This document shows, piece after piece, positions 12,041-25,300 of a stretch of DNA of 64,000 bases. The notes under the pieces were generated by a model, which saw only the letters and a program-made list of their open reading frames with translations, made no database searches and had not been told where the DNA came from. Numbering within the stretch: position 1 is the stretch's first letter; every line of letters begins with the position of its first letter. Origin of the DNA: the human T2T-CHM13v2.0 reference genome, Homo sapiens; the NCBI RefSeq assembly GCF_009914755.1, contig NC_060925.1. One strand, 5' to 3'. The position numbers and the translations under genes were made by a program.

Positions 12041-14760
12041 GTGTGTATTCAACTGACAGAGTTGAACTTTCATTTAGAGAGAGCAGATTTGAAACACTGT
12101 TTTTGTGGAATTTGCAAGTGGAGATTTCAAGCGCTTTGGGGCCAAAGGCAGAAAAGGAAATATCTTCGTATAAAAACTAGACAGAATCATTCTCAGAAAC
12201 TGCTGCGTGATGTGTGCGTTCAACTCTCAGAGTTTAACTTTTCTTTTCATTCAGCGGTTTGGAAACACTGTGTTTGTAAAGTCTGCACGTGGAAATTTTG
12301 ACCACTTAGAGGCCTTCGTTGGAAACGGGTTTTTTTCATGTAAGGCTAGACAGAAGAATTCCCAGTAACTTCCTTGTGTTGTGTGCATTCAACTCACAGA
12401 GTTGAACGTTCCCTTAGACAGAGCAGATTTGAAACACTCTATTTGTGCAATTTGCAAGTGTAGATTTCAAGCGCTTTAAGGTCAATGGCAGAAAAGGAAA
12501 TATCTTCGTTTCAAAACTAGACAGAATCATTCCCACAAACTGCGTTGTGATGTGTTCGTTCAACTCACAGAGTTTAACCTTTCTGTTCATAGAGCAGTTA
12601 GGAAACACTCTGTTTGTAAAGTCTGTAAGTGGATATTCTGACATCTTGTGGCCTTCGTTGGAAACGGGATTTCTTCATATTCTGCTAGACAGAAGAATTC
12701 TCAGTAACTTCCTTGTGTTGTGTGTATTCAACTCACAGAGTTGAACGATCCTTTACACAGAGCAGACTTGAAACACTCTTTTTGTGGAATTTGCAAGTGG
12801 AGATTTCAGCCGCTTTGAGGTCAATGGTAGAAAACGAAACTATCTTCATATAAAGACTAGACAGAATGATTCTAAGAAAATCTTTTGTGATGTGTGCGTT
12901 CAACTCACAGAGTTTAACTTTTCTTCTCATAGAGCAGTTAGGAAACACTCTGTTTGTAAAGTGTGCAAGTGGATATTCAGACCTCTTTGAGGCCTTCGTT
13001 GGAAAAGGGATTTCTTCATATTATGCTAGACAGAATAATTCTCAGTAACTTCCTTGTGTTGTGTGTATTCAACTCACAGAGTTGAAGGATCCTTTACAGA
13101 GAGCAGGCTTGAAACACTCTTTTTGTCGAATTTGCAAGTGGAGATTTCAGCGGCTTTGAGGTCAATGGTAGAATAGGAAATATCTTCTTATAGAAACTAG
13201 ACAGAATGATTCTCATAAACTCCTTTGTGATGTGTGCGTTCAACTCACAGAGTTTAACCTTTCTTTTCATAGAGCAGTTAGGAAACACTCTGTTTGTAAA
13301 GTCTGCAAGTGGATATTCAGACCTACTTGAGGCCTTCGTTGGAAACGGGATTTCTTCATATTCTGCTAGACAGAAGAATTCTCAGTAACTTCCTTGTGTT
13401 GTGTTTATTCAACTCACAGAGTTGAATGATCCTTTACACAGAGCAGACTTGAAACTCTCTTTTTGTGGAATTTGCAAGTGGAGATTTCAGCCGCTTTGAG
13501 GTCAATGGTAGAAAAGTAAATATCTTCGTATAAAGACTAGACAGAATGATTCTCAGAAACTCCTTTGTGATGTGTGCGTTCAACTCACAGAGTTTAACCT
13601 TTCTGTTCATAGAGCAGTTAGGAAACACTCTGTTTGTAATGTCTGCAAGTGGATATTCAGACCTCCTTGAGGCCTTCGTTGGAAACGGGATTTCTTCATA
13701 TTCTGCTAGACACAAGAATTCTCAGTAACTTCCTTCTGTTGTGTGTATTCAACTCACAGAGTTGAACGATCCTTTACACAGAGCAGACTTGAAACACTCT
13801 TTTTGTGGAATTTGCAAGTGGAGATTTCAGCCGCTTTGAGGTCAATGGTAGAAAAGGAAATATCTTCGTATAAAGACTAGACAGAATGATTCTCAGAAAC
13901 TCCTTTGTGATGTGTGCGTTCAACTCACAGAGTTTAACTTTTCTTTTCATAGAGCCGTTAGGAAACACTCTGTTTGTAAAGTCTGCAAGTGGATATTCAG
14001 ACCTCTTTGAGGCCTTCGTTGGAAACGGGATTTCTTCATATTATGCTAGACAGAAGAATTCTCAGTAACTTCCTTGTGTTGTGTGTATTGAACTCACAGA
14101 GTTGAACGATCCTTTACACAGAGCAGACTTGAAACATTCTTTTTGTGGAATTTGCAAGTGGAGATTTCAGCCGCTTTGAGGTCAATGGTAGAATAGGAAA
14201 TATCTTCCTATAGAAACTAGACAGAACGATTCTCAGAAACTCCTTTGTGATGTGTGCGTTCAACTCACAGAGTTTAACCTTTCTTTTCATAGAGCAGTTA
14301 GGAAACACTCTGTTTGTAAAGTCTGCAAGTGGATATTCAGACCTCTTTGAGGCCTTCGTTGGAAACGGGATTTCTTCATATTCTGCTAGACAGAAGAATT
14401 CTCAGTAACTTCCTTGTGTTGTGTGTATTCAACTCACAGAGTTGCACGATCCTTTACACAGAGCAGACTTGAAACACTCTTTTTGTGGAATTTGCAAGTG
14501 GAGATTTCAGCCGCTTTGAGGTCAATAGTAGAAAAGGAAATATCTTCGTAGAAAAACTACACAGAATGATTCTCAGAAACTCCTTTGTGATGTGTGTGTT
14601 CACCTCACAGAGTTTAACCTTTCTTTTCATAGAACAGTTAGTAAACACTCTGTTTATAAAGTCTGCAAGTGGATATTCAGACCCATTTGAGGCCTTCGTT
14701 GGAAACGGGATTTCTTCATATTATGCTAGACAGAAGAATTCTCAGTAACTTCCTTGTGTT
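12041..14760 (+). repeat. 16-mer HOR variant (2720 bp; dimer order X-Y-Z-B-C-D-E-W)
   Basis: Eight SNV-distinguishable dimers lie between successive X dimers. The same order occurs at 39235, 46373 and 56231. Confidence 0.8.
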
Positions 14761-17700
14761 GTGTGTATTCAACTGACAGAGTTGAACTTTCATTTAGAGA
14801 GAGCAGATTTGAAACACTGTTTTTGTGGAATTTGCAAGTGGAGATTTCAAGCGCTTTGGGGCCAAAGGCAGAAAAGGAAATATCTTCGTATAAAAACTAG
14901 ACAGAATCATTCTCAGAAACTGCTGCGTGATGTGTGCGTTCAACTCTCAGAGTTTAACTTTTCTTTTCATTCAGCGGTTTGGAAACACTGTGTTTGTAAA
15001 GTCTGCACGTGGAAATTTTGACCACTTAGAGGCCTTCGTTGGAAACGGGTTTTTTTCATGTAAGGCTAGACAGAAGAATTCCCAGTAACTTCCTTGTGTT
15101 GTGTGCATTCAACTCACAGAGTTGAACGTTCCCTTAGACAGAGCAGATTTGAAACACTCTATTTGTGCAATTTGCAAGTGTAGATTTCAAGCGCTTTATG
15201 GTCAACGGCAGAAAAGGAAATATCTTCGTTTCAAAACTAGACAGAATCATTCCCACAAACTGCGTTGTGATGTGTTCGTTCAACTCACAGAGTTTAACCT
15301 TTCTGTTCATAGAGCAGTTAGGAAACACTCTGTTTGTAAAGTCTGTAAGTGGATATTCTGACATCTTGTGGCCTTCGTTGGAAACGGGATTTCTTCATAT
15401 TCTGCTAGACAGAAGAATTCTCAGTAACTTCCTTGTGTTGTGTGTATTCAACTCACAGAGTTGAACGATCCTTTACACAGAGCAGACTTGAAACACTCTT
15501 TTTGTGGAATTTGCAACTGGAGATTTCAGCCGCTTTGAGGTCAAAGGTAGAAAAGGAAACTATCTTCATATAAAGACTAGACAGAATGATTCTCAGAAAA
15601 TCTTTTGTGATGTGTGCGTTCAACTCACAGAGTTTAACTTTTCTTCTCATAGAGCAGTTAGGAAACACTCTGTTTGTAAAGTCTGCAAGTGGATATTCAG
15701 ACCTCTTTGAGGCCTTCGTTGGAAACGGGATTTCTTCATATTATGCTAGACAGAAGAATTCTCAGTAACTTCCTTGTGTTGTGTGTATTCAACTCACAGA
15801 GTTGAAGGATCCTTTACAGAGAGCAGGCTTGAAACACTCTTTTTGTCGAATTTGCAAGTGGAGATTTCAGCCGCTTTGAGGTCAATGGTAGAATAGGAAA
15901 TATCTTCTTATACAAACTAGACAGAATGATTCTCATGAACTCCTTTGTGATGTGTGCGTTCAACTCACAGAGTTTAACCTTTCTTTTCATAGAGCAGTTA
16001 GGAAACACTCTGTTTGTAAAGTCTGCAAGTGGATATTCAGACCTCCTTGAGGCCTTCGTTGGAAATGGGATTTCTTCATATTCTGCTAGACAGAAGAATT
16101 CTCAGTAACTTCCTTGTGTTGTGTTTATTCAACTCACAGAGTTGAATGATCCTTTACACAGAGCAGACTTGAAACACTCTTTTTGTGGAAATTGCAAGTG
16201 GAGATTTCAGCCGCTTTGAGGTCAATGGTAGAAAAGTAAATATCTTCGTATAAAGACTAGACAGAATGATTCTCAGAAACTCCTTTGTGATGTGTGCGTT
16301 CAACTCACAGAGTTTAACCTTTCTGTTCATAGAGCAGTTAGGAAACACTCTGTTTGTAAAGTCTGCAAGTGGATATTCAGACCTCCTTGAGGCCTTCTTT
16401 GGAAACGAGACTTCTTCATATTCTGCTAGACAGAAGAATTCTCAGTAACTTCCTTGTGTTGTGTGTATTCAACTCACAGAGTTGAACGATCCTTTACACA
16501 GAGCAGACTTGAAACACTCTTTTTGTGGAATTTGCAAGTGGAGATTTCAGCCGCTTTGAGGTCAATGGTAGAAAAGGAAATATCTTCGTATAAAGACTAG
16601 ACAGAATGATTCTCAGAAACTCCTTTGTGATGTGTGCGTTCAACTCACAGAGTTTAACTTTTCTTTTCATAGAGCCGTTAGGAAACACTCTGTTTGTAAA
16701 GTCTGCAAGTGGATATTCAGACCTCTTTGAGGCCTTCGTTGGAAACGGGTTTTCTTCATATTATGCTAGACAGAAGAATTCTCAGTAACTTCCTTGTGTT
16801 GTGTGTATTCAACTCACAGAATTGAACGATCCTTTACACAGAGCAGACTTGAAACATTCTTTTTGTGGAATTTGCAAGTGGAGATTTCAGCCGCTTTGAG
16901 GTCAATGGTAGAATAGGAAATATCTTCCTATAGAAACTAGACAGAACGATTCTCAGAAACTCCTTTGTGATGTGTGCGTTCAACTCACAGAGTTTAACCT
17001 TTCTTTTCATAGAGCAGTTAGGAAACACTCTGTTTGTAAAGTCTGCAAGTGGATATTCAGACCTCTTTGAGGCCTTCGTTGGAAACGGGATTTCTTCATA
17101 TTCTGCTAGACAGAAGAATTCTCAGTAACTTCCTTGTGTTGTGTGTATTCAACTCACAGAGTTGTACGATCCTTTACACAGAGCAGACTTGAAACACTCT
17201 TTTTGTGGAATTTGCAAGTGGAGATTTCAGCCGCTTTGAGGTCAATAGTAGAAAAGGAAATATCTTCGTAGAAAAACTAGACAGAATGATTCTCAGAAAC
17301 TCCTTTGTGATGTGTGCGTTCAACTCACAGAGTTTAACCTTTCTTTTCATAGAGCAGTTAGGAAAAACTCTGTTTGTAAAGTCTGCAAGTGGATATTCAG
17401 ACCTCTTTGAGGCCTTCGTTTGAAACGGGATTTCTTCATATTCTGCTAGACAGAATAATTCTCAGTAACTTCCTTGTGTTGTGTGTATTCAACTCACAGA
17501 GTTGAAAGACCCTTTACAGAGAGCAGGCTTGAAACACTCTTTTTGTCGAATTTGCAAGTGGAGATTTCAGCCGCTTTGAGGTCAATGGTAGAATAGGAAA
17601 TATCTTCTTACAGAAACTAGACAGAATGATTCTCATAAACTCCTTTGTGATGTGTGCGTTCAACTCACAGAGTTTAACCTTTCTTTTCATAGAGCAGTTA

Positions 17701-19038
17701 GGAAACACTCTGTTTGTAAAGTCTGCAAGTGGATATTCAGACCTCTTTGAGGCCTTCGTTGGAAACGGGATTTCTTCATATTATGCTAGACAGAATAATT
17801 CTCAGTAACTTCCTTGTGTTTTGTGTTTTCAACTCACCGAGTTGAAGGATCCTTTACAGAGAGCAGGCTTGAAACACTCTTTTTGTCGAATTTGCAAGTG
17901 GAGATTACAGCCGCTTTGAGGTCAATGGTAGAAAAGGAAATATCTTCGTATAAAGACTAGACAGAATGATTCTCATAAACTCCTTTGTGATGTGTGAGTT
18001 CAAATCACAGAGTTTAACTTTTCTTTTCATAGAGCAGTTAGGAAACACTCTGTTTCTAAAGTCTGCAAGTGGATATTCAGATCTCTTTGAGGCCTTCGTT
18101 GGAAACGGGATTTCTTCATATTATGCTAGACAGAATAATTCTCAGTAACTTCCTTGTGTTGTGTGTATTCAACTCACAGAGTTGAACGATCCTTTACACA
18201 GAGCAGACTTGAAACACTCTTTTTGTGGAATTTGCAAGTGGAGATTTCAGCCGCTTTTAGGTCAATGGTAGAATAGGAAATATCTTCCTATAGAAACTAG
18301 ACAGAACGATTCTCAGAAACTCCTTTGTGATGTGTGCGTTGAACTCACAGAGTTTAACCTTTCTTTTCATAGAGCAGTTAGGAAACACTCTGTTTGTAAA
18401 GTCTGCAAGTGGATATTCAGACCTCTTTGAGGCCTTCGTTGGAAACGGGATTTCTTCCTATTCTGCTAGACAGAAGAATTCTCAGTAACTTCCTTGTGTT
18501 GTGTGTATTCAACTCACAGAGTTGAACGATCCTTTACACAGAGCAGACTTGAAACACTCTTTTTGTGGAATTTGCAAGTGGAGATTTCAGCCGCTTTGAG
18601 GTCAATAGTAGAAAAGGAAATATCTTCGTAGAAAAACTAGACAGAATGATTCTCAGAAACTCCTTTGTGATGTGTGTGTTCAACTCACAGAGTTTAACCT
18701 TTCTTTTCCTAGAGCAGTTAGTAAACACTCTGTTTATAAAGTCTGCAAGTGGATATTCAGACCCCTTTGAGGCCTTCGTTGGAAACGGGATTTCTTCATA
18801 TTATGCTAGACAGAAGAATTCTCAGTAACTTCCTTGTGTTGTGTGTATTCAACTGACAGAGTTGAACTTTCATTTAGAGAGAGCAGATTTGAAACACTGT
18901 TTTTGTGGAATTTGCAAGTGGAGATTTCAAGCGCTTTGGGGCCAAAGGCAGAAAAGGAAATATCTTCGTATAAAAACTAGACAGAATCATTCTCAGAAAC
19001 TGCTGCGTGATGTGTGCGTTCAACTCTCAGAGTTTAAC

Positions 19039-22000
19039 TTTTCTTTTCATTCAGCGGTTTGGAAACACTCTGTTTGTAAAGACTGCACGTGGATATTTTG
19101 ACCACTTAGAGGCCTTCGTTGGAAAGGGGTTTTTTTTCATGTAAGACTAGACAGAAGAATTCCCAGTAACTTCCTTGTGTTGTGTGCATTCAACTCACAG
19201 AGTTGAACGTTCCCTTAGACAGAGCAGATTTGAAACACTCTATTTGTGCAATTTGCAAGTGTAGATTTCAAGCGCTTTAAGGTCAATGGCAGAAAAGGAA
19301 ATATCTTCGTTTCAAAACTAGACAGAATCATTCCCACAAACTGCGTTGTGATGTGTTCGTTCAACTCACAGAGTTTTACCTTTCTGTTCATAGAGCAGTT
19401 AGGAAACACTCTGTAAAGTCTGTAAGTGGATATTCTGACATCTTGTGGCCTTCGTTGGAAACGGGATTTCTTCATATTCTGCTAGACAGAAGAATTCTCA
19501 GTAACTTCCTTGTGTTGTGTGTATTCAACTCACAGAGTTGAACGATCCTTTACACAGAGCAGACTTGAAACACTCTTTTTGTGGAATTTGCAAGTGGAGA
19601 TTTCAGCCGCTTTGATGTCAATGGTAGAAAAGGAAATAACTTCGTATAAAGACTAGACAGAATGATTTTCAGAAACTCTTTTGTGATGTGTGCGTTCAAC
19701 TCACAGAGTTTAACCTTTCTGTTCATAGAGCCGTTAGGAAACACTCTGTTTGTAAAGTCTGCAAGTGGATATTCACACCTCCTTGAGACCTTCGTTGGAA
19801 ACGGGATTTCTTCATATTCTGCTAGACAGAAGAATTCTCAGTAACTTCCTTGTGTTGTGTGTATTCAACTCACAGAGTTGTACGATCCTTTACACAGAGC
19901 AGACTTGAAACACTCTTTTTGTGGAATTTGCAAGTGGAGATTTCAGCCGCTTTGAGGTCAATGGTAGAATAGGAAATATCTTCCTATAGAAACGAGACAG
20001 AATGATTCTCAGAAACTCCTTTTTGATGTGTGCGTTCAACTCACAGAGTTTAACCTTTCTTTTCATAGAGCAGTTAGGAAACACTCTGTTTGTAAAGTCT
20101 GCAAGTGGATATTCAGACCTCTTTGAGGCCTTCGTTGGAAACGGGATTTCTTCATATTCTGTTAGACAGAAGAATTCTCAGTAACTTCCTTGTGTTGTGT
20201 GTATTCAACTCACAGAGTTGAACGATCCTTTACACAGAGCAGACTTGAAACACTCTTTTTGTGGAATTTGCAAGTGGAGATTTCAGCCGCTTTGAGGTCA
20301 ATAGTAGAAAAGGAAATATCTTCGTAGAAAAACTAGGCAGAATGATTCTCAGAAACTCCTTTGTGATGTGTGTGTTCAACTCACAGAGTTGAACCTTTCT
20401 TTTCATAGAGCAGTTAGTAAACACTCTGTTTATAAAGTCTGCAAGTGGATATTCAGACCCCTTTGAGGCCTTCGTTGGAAACGGGATTTCTTCATATTCT
20501 ACTAGACAGAAGAATTCTCAGTAACTTCCTTGTGTTGTGTGTATTCAACTGACAGAGTTGAACTTTCATTTAGAGAGAGCAGATTTGAAACACTGTTTTT
20601 GTGGAATTTGCAAGTGGAGATTTCAAGCGCTTTGGGGCCAAGGGCAGAAAAGGAAATATCTTCGTATAAAAACTAGACAGAATCATTCTCAGAAACTGCT
20701 GCGTGATGTGTGCGTTCAACTCTCAGAGTTTAACTTTTCTTTTCATTCAGCGGTTTGGAAACACTCTGTTTGTAAAGTCTGCACGTGGATATTTTGACCA
20801 CTTAGAGGCCTTCGTTGAAAACGGGTTTTTTTTCATGTAAGGCTACACAGAAGAATTCCCAGTAACTTCCTTGTGTTGTGTGCATTCAACTCACAGAGTT
20901 GAACGTTCCCTTAGACAGAGCAGATTTGAAACACTCTATTTGTGCAATTTGCAAGTGTAGATTTCAAGCGCTTTAAGGTCAACGGCAGAAAAGGAAATAT
21001 CTTCGTTTCAAAACTAGACAGAATCATTCCCACAAACTGCGTTGTGATGTGTTCGTTCAACTCACAGAGTTTAACCTTTCTGTTCATAGAGCAGTTAGGA
21101 AACACTCTGTTTGTAAAGTCTGCAAGTGGATATTCAGACCTCCTTGAGGCCTTCGTTGGAAACGGGATTTCTTCATATTCTGCTAGACAGAAGAATTCTC
21201 AGTAACTTCCTTGTGTTGTGTGTATTCAACTCACAGAGTTGTACGATCCTTTACACAGAGCAGACTTGAAACACTCTTTTTGTGGAATTTGCAAGTGGAG
21301 ATTTCAGCCGCTTTGAGGTCAATGGTAGAAAAGGAAATATCTTCGTATAAAGACTAGACAGAATGATTCTCAGAAACTCCTTTGTGATGTGTGCGTTCAA
21401 CTCACAGAGTTTACCCTTTCTGTTCATAGAGCAGTTAGGAAACACTCTGTTTGTAAATTCTGCAAGTGGATATTCAGACCTACTTGAGGTCTTCGGTGGA
21501 AACGGGATTTCTTCATATTCTGCTAGACAGAAGAATTCTCAGTAACTTCCTTGTGTTGTGTGTATTCAACTCACAGAGTTGAACGATCCTTTACACAGAG
21601 CAGACTTGAAACACTCTTTTTGTGGAATTTGCAAGTGGAGATTTCATCCGCTTTGAGGTCAATGGTAGAAAAGGAGACTATCTTCATAAAAAGACTAGAC
21701 AGAATGATTCTCAGAAAATCTTTTGTGATGTGTGCGTTCAAGTCACAGAGTTTAACTTTTCTTCTCATAGAGCAGTTCGGAAACACTCTGTTTGTAAAGT
21801 CTGCAAGTGGATATTCAGACCTCTTTGAGGCCTTCGTTGGAAACGGGATTTCTTCATATTATGCTAGACAGAATAATTCTCAGTAACTTCCTTGTGTTGT
21901 GTGTATTCAACTCACCGAGTTGAAGGATCCTTTACAGAGAGCAGGCTTGAAACACTCTTTTTGTCGAATTTGCAAGTGGAGATTACAGCCGCTTTGAGGT

Positions 22001-22350
22001 CAATGGTAGAAAAGGAAATATCTTCGTATAAAGACTAGACAGAATGATTCTCATAAACTCCTTTGTGAAGTGTGCGTTCAAATCACAGAGTTTAACTTTT
22101 CTTTTCATAGAGCAGTTAGGAAACACTCTGTTTGTAAAGTCTGCAAGTGGATATTCAGACCTCTTTGAGGCCTTCGTTGGAAACGGGATTTCTTCATATT
22201 ATGCTAGACAGAATAATTCTCAGTAACTTCCTTGTGTTGTGTGTATTCAACTCACAGAGTTGAACGATCCTTTACACAGAGCAGACTTGAAACACTCTTT
22301 TTGTGGAATTTGCAAGTGGAGATTTCAGCCGCTTTGAGGTCAATGGTAGA
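19039..22350 (+). repeat. Dispersed duplicate of window positions ~1-3310 (offset 19038)
   Basis: Shared rare markers: aagactgcac, the 4-bp deletion ctctgtaaag, aaataacttcg, attcacacc, gaaacgagac, ttacccttt, atttcatccg, gtgaagtgtg. ORF offsets 177/19215 and 3006/22044. Confidence 0.88.
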
Positions 22351-25300
22351 ATAGGAAATATCTTCCTATAGAAACTAGACAGAACGATTCTCAGAAACTC
22401 CTTTGTGATGTGTGCGTTCAACTCACAGAGTTTAACCTTTCTTTTCATAGAGCAGTTAGGAAACACTCTGTTTGTAAAGTCTGCAAGTGGATATTCAGAC
22501 CTCTTTGAGGCCTTCGTTGGAAACGGGATTTCTTCATATTCTGCTAGACAGAAGAGTTCTCAGTAACTTCCTTGTGTTGTGTGTATTCAACTCACAGAGT
22601 TGAACGATCCTTTACACAGAGCAGACTTGAAACACTCTTTTTGTGGAATTTGCAAGTGGAGATTTCAGCCGCTTTGAGGTCAATAGTAGAAAAGGAAATA
22701 TCTTCGTAGAAAAACTAGACAGAATCATTCTCAGAAACTCCTTTGTGATGTGTGTGTTCAACTCACAGAGTTTAACCTTTCTTTTCATAGAGCAGTTAGT
22801 AAACACTCTGTTTATAAAGTCTGCAAGTGGATATTCAGACCCCTTTGAGGCCTTCGTTGGAAACGGGATTTCTTCATATTATGCTAGACAGAAGAATTCT
22901 CAGTAACTTCCTTGTGTTGTGTGTATTCAACTGACAGAGTTGAACTTTCATTTAGAGAGAGCAGATTTGAAACACTGTTTTTGTGGAAGTTGCAAGTGGA
23001 GATTTCAAGCGCTTTGGGGCCAAAGGCAGAAAAGGAAATATCTTCGTATAAAAACTAGACAGAATCATTCTCAGAAACTGCTGCGTGATGTGTGCGTTCA
23101 ACTCTCAGAGTTTAACTTTTCTTTTCATTCAGCGGTTTGGAAACACTCTGTTTGTAAAGTCTGCACGTGGAAATTTTGACCACTTAGAGGCCTTCGTTGG
23201 AAACGGGATTTTTTCATGTAAGGCTAGACAGAAGAATTCCCAGTAACTTCCTTGTGTTGTGTGCATTCAACTCACAGAGTTGAACGTTCCCTTAGACAGA
23301 GCAGATTTGAAACACTCTATTTGTGCAATTTGCAAGTGTAGTTTTCAAGCTCTTTAAGGTCAACGGCAGAAAAGGAAATATCTTCGTTTCAAAACTAGAC
23401 AGAATCATTCCCACAAACTGCGTTGTGATGTGTTCGTTCAACTCACAGAGTTTAACCTTTCTGTTCATAGAGCAGTTAGGAAACACTCTGTTTGTAAAGT
23501 CTGTAAGTGGATATTGTGACATCTTGTGGCCTTCGTTGGAAACGGGATTTCTTCATATTCTGCTAGACAGAAGAATTCTCAGTAACTTCCTTGTGTTGTG
23601 TGTATTCAACTCACAGAGTTGAACGATCCTTTACACAGAGCAGACTTGAAACACTCTTTTTGTGGAATTTGCAAGTGGAGATTTCAGCCGCTTTGAGGTC
23701 AATAGTAGAAAAGGAAACTATCTTCATATAAAGACTAGACAGAATGATTCTCAGAAAATCTTTTGTGATGTGTGCGTTCAACTCACAGAGTTTAACTTTT
23801 CTTCTCATAGAGCAGTTAGGAAACACTCTGTTTGTAAAGTCTGCAAGTGGATATTCAGACCTCTTTGAGGCCTTCGTTGGAAACGGGATTTCTTCATATT
23901 ATGCTAGACAGAATAATTCTCAGTAACTTCCTTGTGTTGTGTGTATTCAACTCACAGAGTTGAAGGATCCTTTACAGAGAGCAGGCTTGAAACACTCTTT
24001 TTGTCGAATTTGCAAGTGGAGATTTCAGCCGCTTTGAGGTCAATGGTAGAATAGGAAATATCTTCTTATAGAAAGTAGACAGAATGATTCTCATAAACTC
24101 CTTTGTGATGTGTGCGTTCAACTCACAGAGTTTAACCTTTCTTTTCATAGAGCAGTTAGGAAACACTCTGTTTGTAAAGTCTGCAAGTGGATATTCAGAC
24201 CTCCTTGAGGCCTTCGTTGGAAACGGGATTTCTTCATATTCTGCTAGACAGAAGAATTCTCAGTAACTTCCTTGTGTTGTGTTTATTCAACTCACAGAGT
24301 TGAATGATCCTTTACAGAGAGCAGACTTGAAACACTCTTTTTGTGGAATTTGCAAGTGGAGATTTCAGCCGCTTTGAGGTCAATGGTAGAAAAGTAAATA
24401 TCTTCCTATAAAGACTAGACAGAATGATTCTCAGAAACTCCTTTGTGATGTGTGCGTTCAACTCACAGAGTTTAACCTTTCTGTTCATAGAGCTGTCAGG
24501 AAACACTCTGTTTGTAAAGTCTGCAAGTGGATATTCAGACCTCCTTGAGGCCTTCGTTGGAAACGGGATTTCTTCATATTCTGCTAGACAGAAGAATTCT
24601 CAGTAACTTCCTTGTGTTGTGTGTATTCAACTCACAGAGTTGAACAATCCTTTACACAGAGCAGAGTTGAAACACTCTTTTTGTGGAATTTGCAAGTGGA
24701 GATTTCAGCCGCTTTCAGGTCAATGGTAGAAAAGGAAATATCTTCGTATAAAGACTAGACAGAATGACTCTCAGAAACTCCTTTGTGATGTGTGCGTTCA
24801 ACTCACAGAGTTTAACCTTTCTGTTCATAGAGCAGTTAGGAAACACTCTGTTTGTAATGTCTGCAAGTGGATATTCAGACCTCTTTGAGGCCTTCGTTGG
24901 AAACGGGATTTCTTCATATTCTGCTAGACAGAAGAATTCTCAGTAACTTCCTTGTGTTGTGTGTATTCAACTCACAGAGTTGAACGATCCTTTACACAGA
25001 GCAGACTTGAAACACTCTTTTTGTGGAATTTGCAATTGGAGATTTCAGCCGCTTTGAGGTCAATAGTAGAAAAGGAAATATCTTCGTAGAAAAACTAGAC
25101 AGAATGATTCTCAGAAACTCCTTTGTGATGTGTGTGTTCACCTCACAGAGTTTAACCTTTCTTTTCATAGAGCAGTTAGTAAACACTCTGTTTATAAAGT
25201 CTGCAAGTGGATATTCAGACCCCTTTGAGGCCTTCGTTGGAAACGGGATTTCTTCATATTATGCTAGACAGAATAATTCTCAGTAACTTCCTTGTGTTGT

